DNA of 64,000 bases from Piedraia hortae CBS 480.64 (taxonomy: Eukaryota): positions 1 through 64,000 of the forward strand of contig MU005997.1 of the NCBI GenBank assembly GCA_010093745.1, given 5' to 3'. A program made the position numbers and the translations under genes. The notes below the pieces were generated by a model, which searched no databases, was not told where the DNA came from, and saw only the letters and a list, made by a program, of their open reading frames with translations. This document shows, piece after piece, positions 54,237 through 64,000 of the stretch (the first letter of the stretch is position 1; each line of letters begins with the position of its first letter).

Positions 54237-56846
54237 ATGGACGACGGCGAAGAGTTAAAGTTGCTTGGCCAAGACGAGGAAAACGCTCCCCGTGCGTCAA
54301 CGTCGTCGGCATCGTCGGCCTCGGCCACGTCGTTGATCCTCGAACACCTCTCGCATAAGACCGCCGACGACGAGCCGCAATGGCAGCGACGAGGGAGCGC
54401 CGCCACGACCACGGTACGGCGTCTGCTGTACGTGCTGATTGCCATCGGCAGCGTCGGCTGGCTGGCCGCTCTCGTCCTCTTTGTCGGCCAACAACGCGCC
54501 GGCCGCCAGGGCCCCCATATGCCCGCCACGGCGGCCACGGGCGGCAGCAACAAAGTGCAGTTGGAGCAAGTGCTGCAGGGCAGTTGGATGTCTACGGAAC
54601 ATGCCATACGATGGGTCCCCGGTCCGCGCGGCGAGGACGGCCTTCTGCTGGAGCGTGATGGCGGCGGCGGGCGGGACTACCTTGTGGTTGAGGACGTGCG
54701 CTTCCGAGGCGACGACGTGGAGACGCAGAAGAGACGCTCAAAGACGCTGATGAAGAAGGGAAGGTTTACTGCGGGTGGCGGAGAGGTGGTGGCCGACGAG
54801 ACCTGGCCCAGCCCGGACCATTCGCATGTCCTTGTCCGCAGCGATTACAAGCCCAACTGGCGCCACAGCAGTACAGGCCGCTACTGGATCGTCAACGTTG
54901 CCAGTCAGGCCGCTGAGCCGCTGGACCCAGACGCCGCCAGCGCCCGTTGCCAGCTGGCTACGTGGAGCCCTGATGGCAGCGCAGTCGTCTTTACAAGGGA
55001 CAACAACCTGTTTATTCGCCACTTGAATGACGCCTCTGTGCGACGCATCACCAGCGACGGCGGGCCAAACATCTTCTACGGCGTGCCCGACTGGGTGTAC
55101 GAGGAGGAAGTGCTGCAGAAGGCGTCGGCGACGTGGTGGAGTCATGACGGCCGCTTTGTTGCTTTCTTACGCACCGATGAGACTGCCGTTCCCGAGTTCC
55201 CAGTGCAATATTTCTTCAGCAGCCCGACGGAAACGCGGCGGGAGCCTGGGTTGGAGAATTACCCGGAGACGCGCATGATCAAATATCCTAAAGCCGGTGC
55301 CCCCAATCCGCTCGTTGGTCTGCAGTTCTTTGATGTGCAAAAGGATGAAGTGTTCAGCGTTCCCATCGCCAACGACTTCCCAGACCACGACCGCATCATC
55401 AACGAGGTGCTCTGGGCCGGCAACAAGGTCATTGTGCGCTCCACTAACCGTGAAGCCGATGTCCTTAAGACGGTTCTCATCGATGCTGTGGACCGCTCAG
55501 GCCGGACGGTGCGCGAACGCAATGTTCACAAACTCGACGGTGGCTGGATCGAGGCTGACCAGACGACGGCGTTTGTGCCGGCCGATCCTGCCAAGGGACG
55601 TCCTCATGACGGCTATATTGACACCGTTATTCACGGCAACTGGGAGCATCTGGCTTACTTCACGCCGCTGGATAATCCTGAGCCGATCATGCTTACTGAT
55701 GGCGAATGGGAAGTCGTCAAGGCTCCTTCGGCCGTGGATTTGGCCAACAACCTCGTTTACTACGTCTCAACCCAGGCCAGCAGCACCGAGCGGCACATCT
55801 ACACAGTTGACCTGCTCCGAGGCCCGAGGAGCATATCGCCTGTTACCAACACAGCTGAGATTGGCTATTACTCGGCTTCGTTCTCGGCTGAAAATAAGTA
55901 TATGTTGTTGACCTACAGCGGGCCTGGCATTCCGTATCAGAAAGTCCTCTCCACGCCGTCCAATCATAATGACAAACTCGACATTAGCATCGAGACGAAC
56001 CCCAAACTCGCCACTTTAGCAAAACGAACAGCACTTCCCACGTTGAAGTACGACACCTTCCACAACGATGGCTATCACATGAACGTTGTTGAGCGTCTCC
56101 CACCAGGTTTCGACCCAAGTGGCAGTATAAAATACCCGGTAGTCTTCTTCCTCTACAACGGGCCTGGCTTCCAGCACGTTGACCGCAAATTCACGGTGGA
56201 CTTCCAGTCCTACCTCGCATCCAATCTCGGCTACGTAGTAGTCACCCTCGACGCCCGCGGAACGGGCTACAAAGGCCGCAAACACCGCACCATTGTGCGG
56301 GACAACATTGGTTTCTACGAAGCCACAGACCAGATCGCCGCAGCGAAAGCATGGGCTAAGAAGCGATACGTAGCCGCAGACAAGATGGCCATTTGGGGCT
56401 GGAGCTACGGCGGCTTCATGACTCTCAAAGCACTGGAACTGGATGGAGGGCAGACGTTCAAATACGGAATGGCCGTAGCCCCCGTAACTGACTGGCGGTA
56501 CTACGACTCCATCTACACTGAGCGATACATGCACACCCCCAAGCGGAACCCCACAGGATACGCAAACGCGAGCATATCCAACATGACGACGCTCTCCTCC
56601 AACGTGCGCTTCCTGGTCATGCATGGCTTCTCGGACGATAACGTCCATTTCCAGAACACCCTCTCCCTGCTCGATAAACTCGATCTTGCTAATGTGAGGA
56701 ATTACGATGTGCATGTCTTCCCCGACTCGGATCATTCCATCTACTTCCATAATGGGAATAGAATCGTGTATGGGAAGTTGAGGGATTGGTTAATAAATGC
56801 TTTTGCGGGAGTTTGGCTTGGGACGGAGCCGAGGAGGGAATTATGA
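54237..56846 (+). CDS. DAP2: Dipeptidyl aminopeptidase B (S9B, type II membrane protein)
   Basis: GVPDWVYEEEV, KYPKAGAPNP, IWGWSYGG (Ser), HGFSDDNVHFQN (Asp), FPDSDHSI (His). Confidence 0.95.
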   Translation: MDDGEELKLLGQDEENAPRASTSSASSASATSLILEHLSHKTADDEPQWQRRGSAATTTVRRLLYVLIAIGSVGWLAALVLFVGQQRAGRQGPHMPATAATGGSNKVQLEQVLQGSWMSTEHAIRWVPGPRGEDGLLLERDGGGGRDYLVVEDVRFRGDDVETQKRRSKTLMKKGRFTAGGGEVVADETWPSPDHSHVLVRSDYKPNWRHSSTGRYWIVNVASQAAEPLDPDAASARCQLATWSPDGSAVVFTRDNNLFIRHLNDASVRRITSDGGPNIFYGVPDWVYEEEVLQKASATWWSHDGRFVAFLRTDETAVPEFPVQYFFSSPTETRREPGLENYPETRMIKYPKAGAPNPLVGLQFFDVQKDEVFSVPIANDFPDHDRIINEVLWAGNKVIVRSTNREADVLKTVLIDAVDRSGRTVRERNVHKLDGGWIEADQTTAFVPADPAKGRPHDGYIDTVIHGNWEHLAYFTPLDNPEPIMLTDGEWEVVKAPSAVDLANNLVYYVSTQASSTERHIYTVDLLRGPRSISPVTNTAEIGYYSASFSAENKYMLLTYSGPGIPYQKVLSTPSNHNDKLDISIETNPKLATLAKRTALPTLKYDTFHNDGYHMNVVERLPPGFDPSGSIKYPVVFFLYNGPGFQHVDRKFTVDFQSYLASNLGYVVVTLDARGTGYKGRKHRTIVRDNIGFYEATDQIAAAKAWAKKRYVAADKMAIWGWSYGGFMTLKALELDGGQTFKYGMAVAPVTDWRYYDSIYTERYMHTPKRNPTGYANASISNMTTLSSNVRFLVMHGFSDDNVHFQNTLSLLDKLDLANVRNYDVHVFPDSDHSIYFHNGNRIVYGKLRDWLINAFAGVWLGTEPRREL

Positions 56847-56944
56847 TTTTGCATGATTACGTTTGGTGGAGTATACATGAGTAGAAGCGTTGAGAGTCAT
56901 GAAATACACATAATATGATGGCAACAACTCTGACGAGGATACAT

Positions 56945-57556
56945 CTACTTCAGCGGGATATACCTCGACGAGTGCGTAGCACCGATACCCGGCCTTCCAT
57001 GCTTGACAGGCTTGTACGAGATTGAAAACTCGCCGAGATAATGCCCCACCATCTCCGGCTTAATCTCAACCGTATTGAACTCCTTCCCGCTGTAAACCCC
57101 CACAACAGACCCAATCATCTCAGGCACGATGATCATATCGCGGAGGTGAGTCTTGACCGTATCGGGCTTCTCATTGGGCTTGGCCTCCTGCTTCGCCTTG
57201 CGCAGCTTCTTGATAAGTCCCATCGGCTTGCGCTTCAATCCGCGGTTGAACCTGCGGCGGGCGCGTGCGTGGACCACATCACGTAGTTGTTCGCTCGACA
57301 AGTCCAGCAGGCTGTGTTTGGTTAGTTGAGTTGGTAGGGCCGCTTCGCGCGGGGGAGAACGAACTCATCGAGGTCGATGCCGCGGTAGGAGAATTTGCGG
57401 AAGGCGCGCTTCTTCTTCAGCTCTGTTTCTGTGTTAGTCGTCGCATGGAGTTTCGACGAGGTTTGGGTCCATACCCGCTGCGGCCTCGGGATCCTGCGAT
57501 TGTTAGACTCGTTGATGAGAGGACACAGTATAACATACGTAGTCTGCGTCAGCCAT
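56945..57556 (-). CDS. RPS15: 40S ribosomal protein uS19 (S15), 4 exons
   Basis: [72 protein letters not shown]. Confidence 0.96.
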
Positions 57557-57727
57557 GGTTGTTGTGGTTTTGGCAGCCTGGGTGTGGAAAAAAAGGTGTG
57601 TGGGACTACATGGGGCTTGGCGGCAGATTTTCGGAATATTTCCGCTACTTACGTACAGTCAGGATGAAACGAGACAGCAAGATTGGAGAAATCGATTCGT
57701 CTACACAGCTGCAACGACTCGCAGTGC

Positions 57728-58110
57728 TTAGTCGAACAGACCGAAGCCCATGTCCTCATCAGACTCTTCCTTTTCCTCCTCCTTAGCCTCTTCCTTGGGG
57801 GCCTCTGCAGCACCACCCGCAGCAGCTCCACCGGCAGCAGGAGCGGCCGCGGCACCACCTCCACTGGGCACCGACGCGAGTTTGGCCGAGCCCTCCTTGA
57901 TAAGCTGTTCAATTTCAGCAAAAGTCCGTGGAGTAGACAGCGCAGCCTTACCTCGTCAATGTCCTTGTCCTTGAGCTCTTCAAGCATCTTGTTCAGGCGC
58001 TCGTCATCCGCCTCCACGCCTACGGCGCTGAGCACTTTGGTAATGTCTTTTGCCGAGGGAGACGTGTTGCCGCCGAGGCTCAGTAGAAGGTAAGCTGCGA
58101 GGTGCTTCAT
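57728..58110 (-). CDS. RPP2: 60S acidic ribosomal protein P2, 2 coding exons
   Basis: [50 protein letters not shown]. 47-nt coding intron and a probable 5'UTR intron ~58120-58165. Confidence 0.95.
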
Positions 58111-58476
58111 TCTTGCGTTCTGTCGTCCAGTCAGCACCAACAAGGCCGTCGTTGGAGTCGCTGACCTTTTTGCTGGAACAATGGAATCAATCGATTTAAG
58201 CACCAAAGTTGAAGTGCAGACTGACACTCAATGTCCTGTTTGTGGTTTTGCGGGAGGGGTGGGAATTTGTTCGGGTGCTCTAAACTCTTGGCAATAGGCT
58301 AGTATTATTTTGGAAACGAGGTCACATGATTGGGTTGGTTGGCGCCTGACCGCTTTGGGCGAGCTGTTTATCATGTCACGATTCGTTGCCACGTTGCAGA
58401 GCAAGCATAAATACTGCATCTGGCTTCTCATCTTCATTCTCTCTTTTATTCACCTTTCAGACTGAAAAAATCCACA

Positions 58477-59357
58477 ATGACTGTACGTTGGGCGACAAGT
58501 TACCTCCAGGGGCATCCATACTAACATTGAGGTAGTCTTTTTCCAATCTATTGTCCACTGTGGGTGGGCAGTCAAATCCAGCAAAGCCGACATCTACGAA
58601 CGTTTCACTGAAAGCGACCAATGTAGCCGCCGGTGTCAAGCGGCGATCAGAAGAGAAGGACGTCTCCCCGACTAAAAATGTCAAAGTCGAACGATCGATG
58701 CCTGCCAATAGATTTCAACTCAGCAAACCCGCCGCACAGTCTGCTACAGCTGGGAAAAATGCACCTGCACCTGCCCAGAGCCAAGCAGTAGCCCCGGCCA
58801 GTCCCAAGAAGGGATATGCTGCCGTTCTGGCCAAAGCCAAGGCCATGCAGGAAGTTGCTGCCTCTGCTGGGCGCATCAAGCACAAGCCCATGGAGCCTCA
58901 CAAGAAGAAGGAGCGCGAGCGATTCAAAGAACAGGCGCAGAAGTCGAGCGGGGCTATAGGCACGAAGCCTAGCATTGGCAACAACGCAAAAGGTGTGAAT
59001 AAGCAGAACCCGGTGGTCGCAAAAGAAGCCGTTAAAAGAATACATCAACCGCTCAGCTACAAAGGCACGATGCGGGCCACGGTAAGCTCAACCAAGGAGC
59101 GGGCTGTCCAAAAAGCCCCGTCTCGTCGCGATCAAAACGAATATGCGTCATGGTCGGACGTGGACAGCTATGGCGATGAGGAAGAGGACGAGAATGGATA
59201 CGAATCCGAGTCTGACATGGAAGGAGGGTTCGACGACCTAGAAACCGAAGAGCAAAACGCACTGAGGGTCGCGAGAAAGGAAGATCGGGAGGCGCAAGAA
59301 GAGGAGGAGAGGCTGAAAAGGGAAAAGATGTTGCGAAAGAAGGCCAGCAGAAAGTAG
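58477..59357 (+). CDS. Spt2-like chromatin protein, 2 exons
   Basis: MT|SFSNLLS.., YKGTMR, ESDMEGGFDDLETEEQNALRVARKEDREAQEEEERLK (SPT2 domain-like). Intron 58483-58535. Confidence 0.78.
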
Positions 59358-59585
59358 CCACCGACCATCTGCCGAGCAAGACGTAACTGTGGACTGCGGG
59401 GGACAGCTCGGCAGTTATCGGAAAGTTCACCGGCTCCTTGGCCCAAAATAAACGCGAACAAAGCCGGACCAGTGGCGGGGTGGAAACCCTTTTGGTTAAC
59501 GGTTCATTCACGAACCCGATGACACTGCCGCGTTTCCTGTTGAATTGTATATAACTATACAGCGTGTAGCCTCTCACAATCAAAA

Positions 59586-61153
59586 ATGTTTCTCGCCTTG
59601 TTTGCCTCGCCCTGGGCTTGGGCCTTGCTGCCAGTCTTAATCCTCTTACTTCCCTACATCAGAAACTGGCAGATCAGGGACATCCCGGGCCCCTTTCTAG
59701 CCAAACTGACCAACCTCTGGTACATGTACGAGTGTCGTCGATGTCGTCGATATCAGACCGTATACGACCTACACCAAAAGCACGGCAAGTTTGTACGGGT
59801 GCAACCGAATCAAATCTCAGTCGCAGACGCAGATGCCATTCCCATAATCTACGGTCATGGAAATGGCTTCCTCAAATCAGACTACTATGACGCCTTTGTG
59901 TCCATCCAGCGCGGTCTATTCAACACGCGGGACAGGATAGAACACACGCGCAAGCGCAAAATCGTCTCGCACACTTTCAGCGCGAAGAGCGTTGGACAAT
60001 TCGAGCAGTACATTCATCATAACCTCGAGAAACTCGTTGCTCAATGGGATAGCAAGTCTGCTGAAGCCAAGGGAGATTTCTACCGCTTCGATGCTCTGCA
60101 CTGGTTCAACTACGTTGCTTTCGACGTTATTGGGGATCTTGCCTTTGGAGCACCGTTTGGAATGCTCGAAAGAGGTGAGGACTTTGCTGAAGTGCAGATG
60201 AGTCCCGATGCGGTGCCAACAAGGGCTCGCGCTATTGAGGTCCTCAACAGACGCGGCGAGGTGTCCAATGTTATTGGCTGCCTGCCTCAGATCAAACCTT
60301 TTGCAAAGTATATTCCGGATCCGTTCTTCTACCGGGGAGTCGAGGCAGTTGAAAACCTCGCTGGTATAGCCATTGCTCGTGTGAAGCAAAGACTCGATGC
60401 TGCCGAACGAGGTGAAATTAACCGCGTCGATCTCTTGGCGAGGTTGATGGAAGGCAAGGATGCAGAGGGCAAGCCTCTTGGTAGACAAGAACTCACAGCA
60501 GAAGCGTTGACGCAGCTCATTGCTGGCTCTGACACCACATCCAACACGTCCTGTGCCTTGCTGTTCCACTGCCTCATGAACCCCCGCGTGGTCGAGAAGC
60601 TTCAAGCAGAGCTTGACGAGACTCTTCCCAGCGACAACGTGCCGAGCTACGATCAGATCCGCAATCTGCCCTACTTGGACATGGTCATCCGTGAAACGCT
60701 CCGCATCCACAGCACATCCGCCATTGGCCTACCACGTGTTGTCCCTCCCGGTCCAGGAGTGGATATCGCGGGTCGTCATTTCCCTCAAGGCGTCGTCCTC
60801 AGTGTGCCGGCATACACCGTCCACCATAGCAAGGAGATTTGGGGGAAAGATGCCGACAAGTTCCGTCCCGAGCGGTGGGAGAAGCTAACGGAGAAGTGAG
60901 TCATTGCTTGCCTCCTGTCGCAAACCCATGCTGACCGCATCTTAGACAAAAATTGGGATTCATCCCCTTTTCGTACGGGCCTCGTGCTTGTGTGGGACGC
61001 AACATTGCCGAAATGGAGCTGGCACTCATTGTCGCGACCGTGTTTCGACGGTACGAGTTTGAGCTATACCAGGACGTCCTCGAGACCCGCGAGGGATTCC
61101 TGCGGAAGCCATTGGGGTTGGAAGTTGGTATGAGGCGGAGGAATAGAGTGTAA
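59586..61153 (+). CDS. CYP53A: Cytochrome P450 CYP53 family (benzoate 4-hydroxylase), 2 exons
   Basis: YGHGNGFLKSDYYDAFVSI..GLFNTRDR, EALTQLIAGSDTTSNT, ETLR, PERW, FSYGPRACVG. Intron 60896-60945. Confidence 0.92.
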
Positions 61154-61544
61154 ATGTTTTTTTTTTCTAAGAGTTAGATTGTGTGGAAGAACTTTACCTA
61201 TGCGTTCCCCTGACGCAGATGGAAAGAGGCAGTGCATCTGAAACAGAGCAAAGCGCATAGGGGAGGGACATGAATAGGTATGCCCATGGGGAACGACCTC
61301 CCAATTTAGCCCGCTCCCTAACGGCCCGGCGTCTTTGTATGGCCACGTGTCTTGTCCTGTAAGGACTCAGACGTCAAGATACACAGAGAGGGCCTGGACT
61401 ACTCCAGGCTGGCCAGTGGGCGTTGGATCTGTGTTGGATCTGGTCAGACGTTGGGGTTTTCAACAACGTTGGCGTGTAGCTCAAAAGGCGCAATGCCTCC
61501 TCCCAAATCGGGTCACGATCGATCTACTGACCACCGTCTCGGCC

Positions 61545-62201
61545 ATGCATCCCTTTTCGACAAGTACTCCGGTCTCCCCCACAACCGTAGCCTTCTCGGT
61601 CAATCCAACGCCGGCCGCCGGCTCAAAAAAGACCGCCAATCGTCGCCGAGCCTCGTTCAACAGAGTCATTGCTCGTGCGCGGTCAGCATCAGAAGCCTCG
61701 CTCAGGAAGTTAGTGAGTCGCTCCTGGTTTGCAGGAAGTCATTCAGCCGTCAACGGTTCCGATTCCGATGAGCCTCCGCCGCTTGTTCGAGACAGCCGGG
61801 AAAATGTCGTGCATGGAAACAGTACGCCTAGCGTGTTGACTCCTCAAACCCCAGCTTTTCCACCGGGTGTTCAAGATGATATCACCGCGTTGCCGCCCAT
61901 GCCTCCTCTGGCTGACCGGTTCGAGTTGATCTCGAGCAGCAAACGCTCCACTGGAAGCAGCATTTATCGAACCCTGTCTGGTGAGAATGGCTTCGTATTT
62001 CCCTGGCATGATGAAGTTGAGCGCGAGCGGCAGAAGTTGAGACGCTTGATGGACGTTTTGGATAAGAAATTGTCCAAATCGCAGAGTCACGTTGAGCTGG
62101 GAGAGACGGAATCAAGCGAGGATGACGTGTACATTGAGGACCAAGAGGAGACTCTATTTGTCAACCCGGAGACACTTGCAGCGCTGGAGAGTAGGTTGTA
62201 G
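61545..62201 (+). CDS. Hypothetical low-complexity protein ending in -SRL
   Basis: 218-aa ORF from ATG 61545 filling the gap between CYP53 and RPL32; no recognisable domain. Confidence 0.6.
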   Translation: MHPFSTSTPVSPTTVAFSVNPTPAAGSKKTANRRRASFNRVIARARSASEASLRKLVSRSWFAGSHSAVNGSDSDEPPPLVRDSRENVVHGNSTPSVLTPQTPAFPPGVQDDITALPPMPPLADRFELISSSKRSTGSSIYRTLSGENGFVFPWHDEVERERQKLRRLMDVLDKKLSKSQSHVELGETESSEDDVYIEDQEETLFVNPETLAALESRL

Positions 62202-62369
62202 CATACATGTATCTTGTATTCTTGTGTTGTCCTGGCGTTCAGTTTCAAAGGTGACGTCGGGTAGGCCGAGGATTAGCCGCGGGCCTTGGCACACTACCAG
62301 AAAACGCCCCACACGTCGACACCGGCACAGTTTACTGCCGCTCGCACAATCCACTGATACACTGCAAAT

Positions 62370-62859
62370 ATGGGCGCTGCTAAAGCTCACATTCCGATTG
62401 TCAAGAAGCACCGAGCGCGGTTCAACCGCCACCAGTCGGATCGCTTCAAATGCGTCGACCCCAACTGGAGGAAGCCTAAGGGCATTGACAACCGCGTGCG
62501 TCGCCGCTTCAAGGGCCAGGCCGCTATGCCCAAGGTGTGTTACTACGGCAAATGGAAGGGAATGTGATGCTGACAGCTTAGATTGGCTACGGCAGCAACA
62601 AGAAGACTCGTCATATGATGCCTTCGGGCCACAAGGCCTTTCTCGTGCGCAACCTCGCAGACCTCGAGCTTTTGTTGATGCACAACCAAACTTACGCTGC
62701 CGAGTAAGCTAGACAGTGTCCCAGAGAATGGCTGGATGCTAACAGATCAGAATCGCGCACAATGTGTCTTCACGCAAGCGGGTGGAGATGGTTGCTCGTG
62801 CGAAACAACTGGGAGTCAAGGTCACGAATGGCAAGGCGAGGATTTCAACCGAGTCGTAA
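62370..62859 (+). CDS. RPL32: 60S ribosomal protein eL32, 3 exons
   Basis: [67 protein letters not shown]. Confidence 0.96.
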
Positions 62860-62896
62860 AAGTGTAGCGCGTATCTGATGCTTCCCATGGCTACCA

Positions 62897-63595
62897 TTAA
62901 CTCTCATCCATGACATCCTCTGCACCTTTTATTTGCACAACCGACTTAATATCCCGATTCCAGTATGCCACAACGCCGACCTTGAAATCCGCCATGACAA
63001 TGCCAAACATCTTGAGCAAAGCCGTCTGGTTGCTGTCCATGACCTTTCCCTCCTCCACAATCGTATACTCTTGATCGAGCATGACCCGTCCTTTGCTCAA
63101 CTTGGTAGGCATCCCCCACTTCCTTAACGTCGCCTCAATCGAGTGTGGAACGGGCGTGTCATCCTCAACATCAATCTCCCCGCCCCTCGAATAGACCACT
63201 CCTTTCGGAACAGTAACGGTCCTAGTAGCCACATGTCCAGCGCGGGCATAATCCGTCCTCACGAAGGTATCAAAGAAACCCAACACATCACCCGGTGTCT
63301 CCTCCGTAAACAACAAACCAACATCCCCCTTTAAATACGGCGAGAGCGGAATGTTCACCTCCTCAAGCGCTTTCGCAGCAAGCTTAACCCCACCAAAGAC
63401 AATCTTCCCCGAGTCCCGGAACCGCTCGCGCACTTCTTTGAGGTAGGAATTGCGCATGTTGCGCACGCTGAGGACGTAGATGTGGCTGTACTGTTGCGCG
63501 TTTTCGAGTACTGTCGTCCATACTGCAATTTTGAGCCCCTTTTTCTTGGCCACTTTGCTTGTGTGCACTGTGCGCGCGCGTTTTGATTTCGGCAT
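62897..63595 (-). CDS. MRT4: Ribosome assembly factor Mrt4 (uL10 paralog)
   Basis: MPKSKRAR, NMRNSYLKEVR, GDVGLLFT, DYARAG, HSIEATLRKWGMPT, QTALLKMFG. Confidence 0.93.
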   Translation of the reverse strand: MPKSKRARTVHTSKVAKKKGLKIAVWTTVLENAQQYSHIYVLSVRNMRNSYLKEVRERFRDSGKIVFGGVKLAAKALEEVNIPLSPYLKGDVGLLFTEETPGDVLGFFDTFVRTDYARAGHVATRTVTVPKGVVYSRGGEIDVEDDTPVPHSIEATLRKWGMPTKLSKGRVMLDQEYTIVEEGKVMDSNQTALLKMFGIVMADFKVGVVAYWNRDIKSVVQIKGAEDVMDES

Positions 63596-63843
63596 GGTGG
63601 GTGTGGTGTGTTTGGAACTTTTTTTTGGGGGGGGGGTGGAGTGGGGTCGCTAGCGCGGTTTGGTTCAGCGCGATGTGGGTGCGGGATGTGGGGGATGCGG
63701 GGGTGCGGGGCTGTCATCTTGCTTCTGCTGGACAAGTAATGATGGAGGAGATTGGGGTTTATTTCAAATCAGGTTCGTCCTTATCGATGAATATAAACTG
63801 GAGCCTGGCCGACGGACTTTGCTCACCTTGGCAACCTCATACA

Positions 63844-64000
63844 ATGGTCAACAACTCAGCACAAGGGCTGTTCAACGTCAACGGTCTCGTTGCTGTCATC
63901 ACCGGAGGGGGCTCGGGTCTGGGGCTCTATACGGCGCGCTCTTGATACTAACGGAGCCAAGGCTGCCTACATAACTGGTCGACGCGAGCAGACGCTCCAA
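63844..64000 (+). pseudogene. Short-chain dehydrogenase/reductase 5' fragment with a frameshift (runs off the window)
   Basis: LFNVNGLVAVITGGGSGLG Rossmann motif; frame stops at 63943-63945, while another frame continues LDTNGAKAAYITGRREQTL. Confidence 0.6.

Noticed and set aside
56829..56846. DAP2 C-terminal RREL as an ER-retrieval signal
   Set aside because: Not HDEL/KDEL, and the family is vacuolar or Golgi; probably coincidental.
1..64000. tRNA, rRNA or spliceosomal snRNA genes
   Set aside because: None recognised by eye; a tRNAscan-SE/Infernal run would be needed to exclude them.

Overview
Eukaryotic window from a filamentous ascomycete (Pezizomycotina, Dothideomycete-like; the species cannot be determined from sequence alone). 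It is very gene-dense: about 43 intact protein-coding genes in 64 kb, short (~45-55 nt) GT-AG introns with CTRAC/CTRAY branch points, 125-150 bp divergent promoters and convergent gene ends only 7-80 bp apart. Most genes are housekeeping: glucokinase, SEC9, NOP12, NOP53, PMT4, RPC25, YOS9, VPS60, AHA1, acetoacetyl-CoA synthetase, ARS2, TSPO, an amino-acid permease, TAF7, TPI1, U1-70K, UBP1-like, PTA1, PEX5, STT3, DAP2, RPS15, RPP2, CYP53, RPL32 and MRT4. Items the ORF track does not show: (1) a box C/D snoRNA in a predicted 5'UTR intron of AHA1 with an 18S rRNA antisense element, (2) a decayed trypsin-like serine protease pseudogene at the left end, (3) a mitochondrial RRM gene whose start codon is split by an intron (AT|G), (4) a small COA3 gene, (5) stop-free in-frame introns, including a GC-AG candidate in glucokinase, and (6) a frameshifted SDR at the right edge. 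No transposon, rRNA, tRNA or CRISPR array was recognised, and I found no convincing novel multi-gene system. Exon boundaries were read by eye and family calls come from motif recognition, not database searches.
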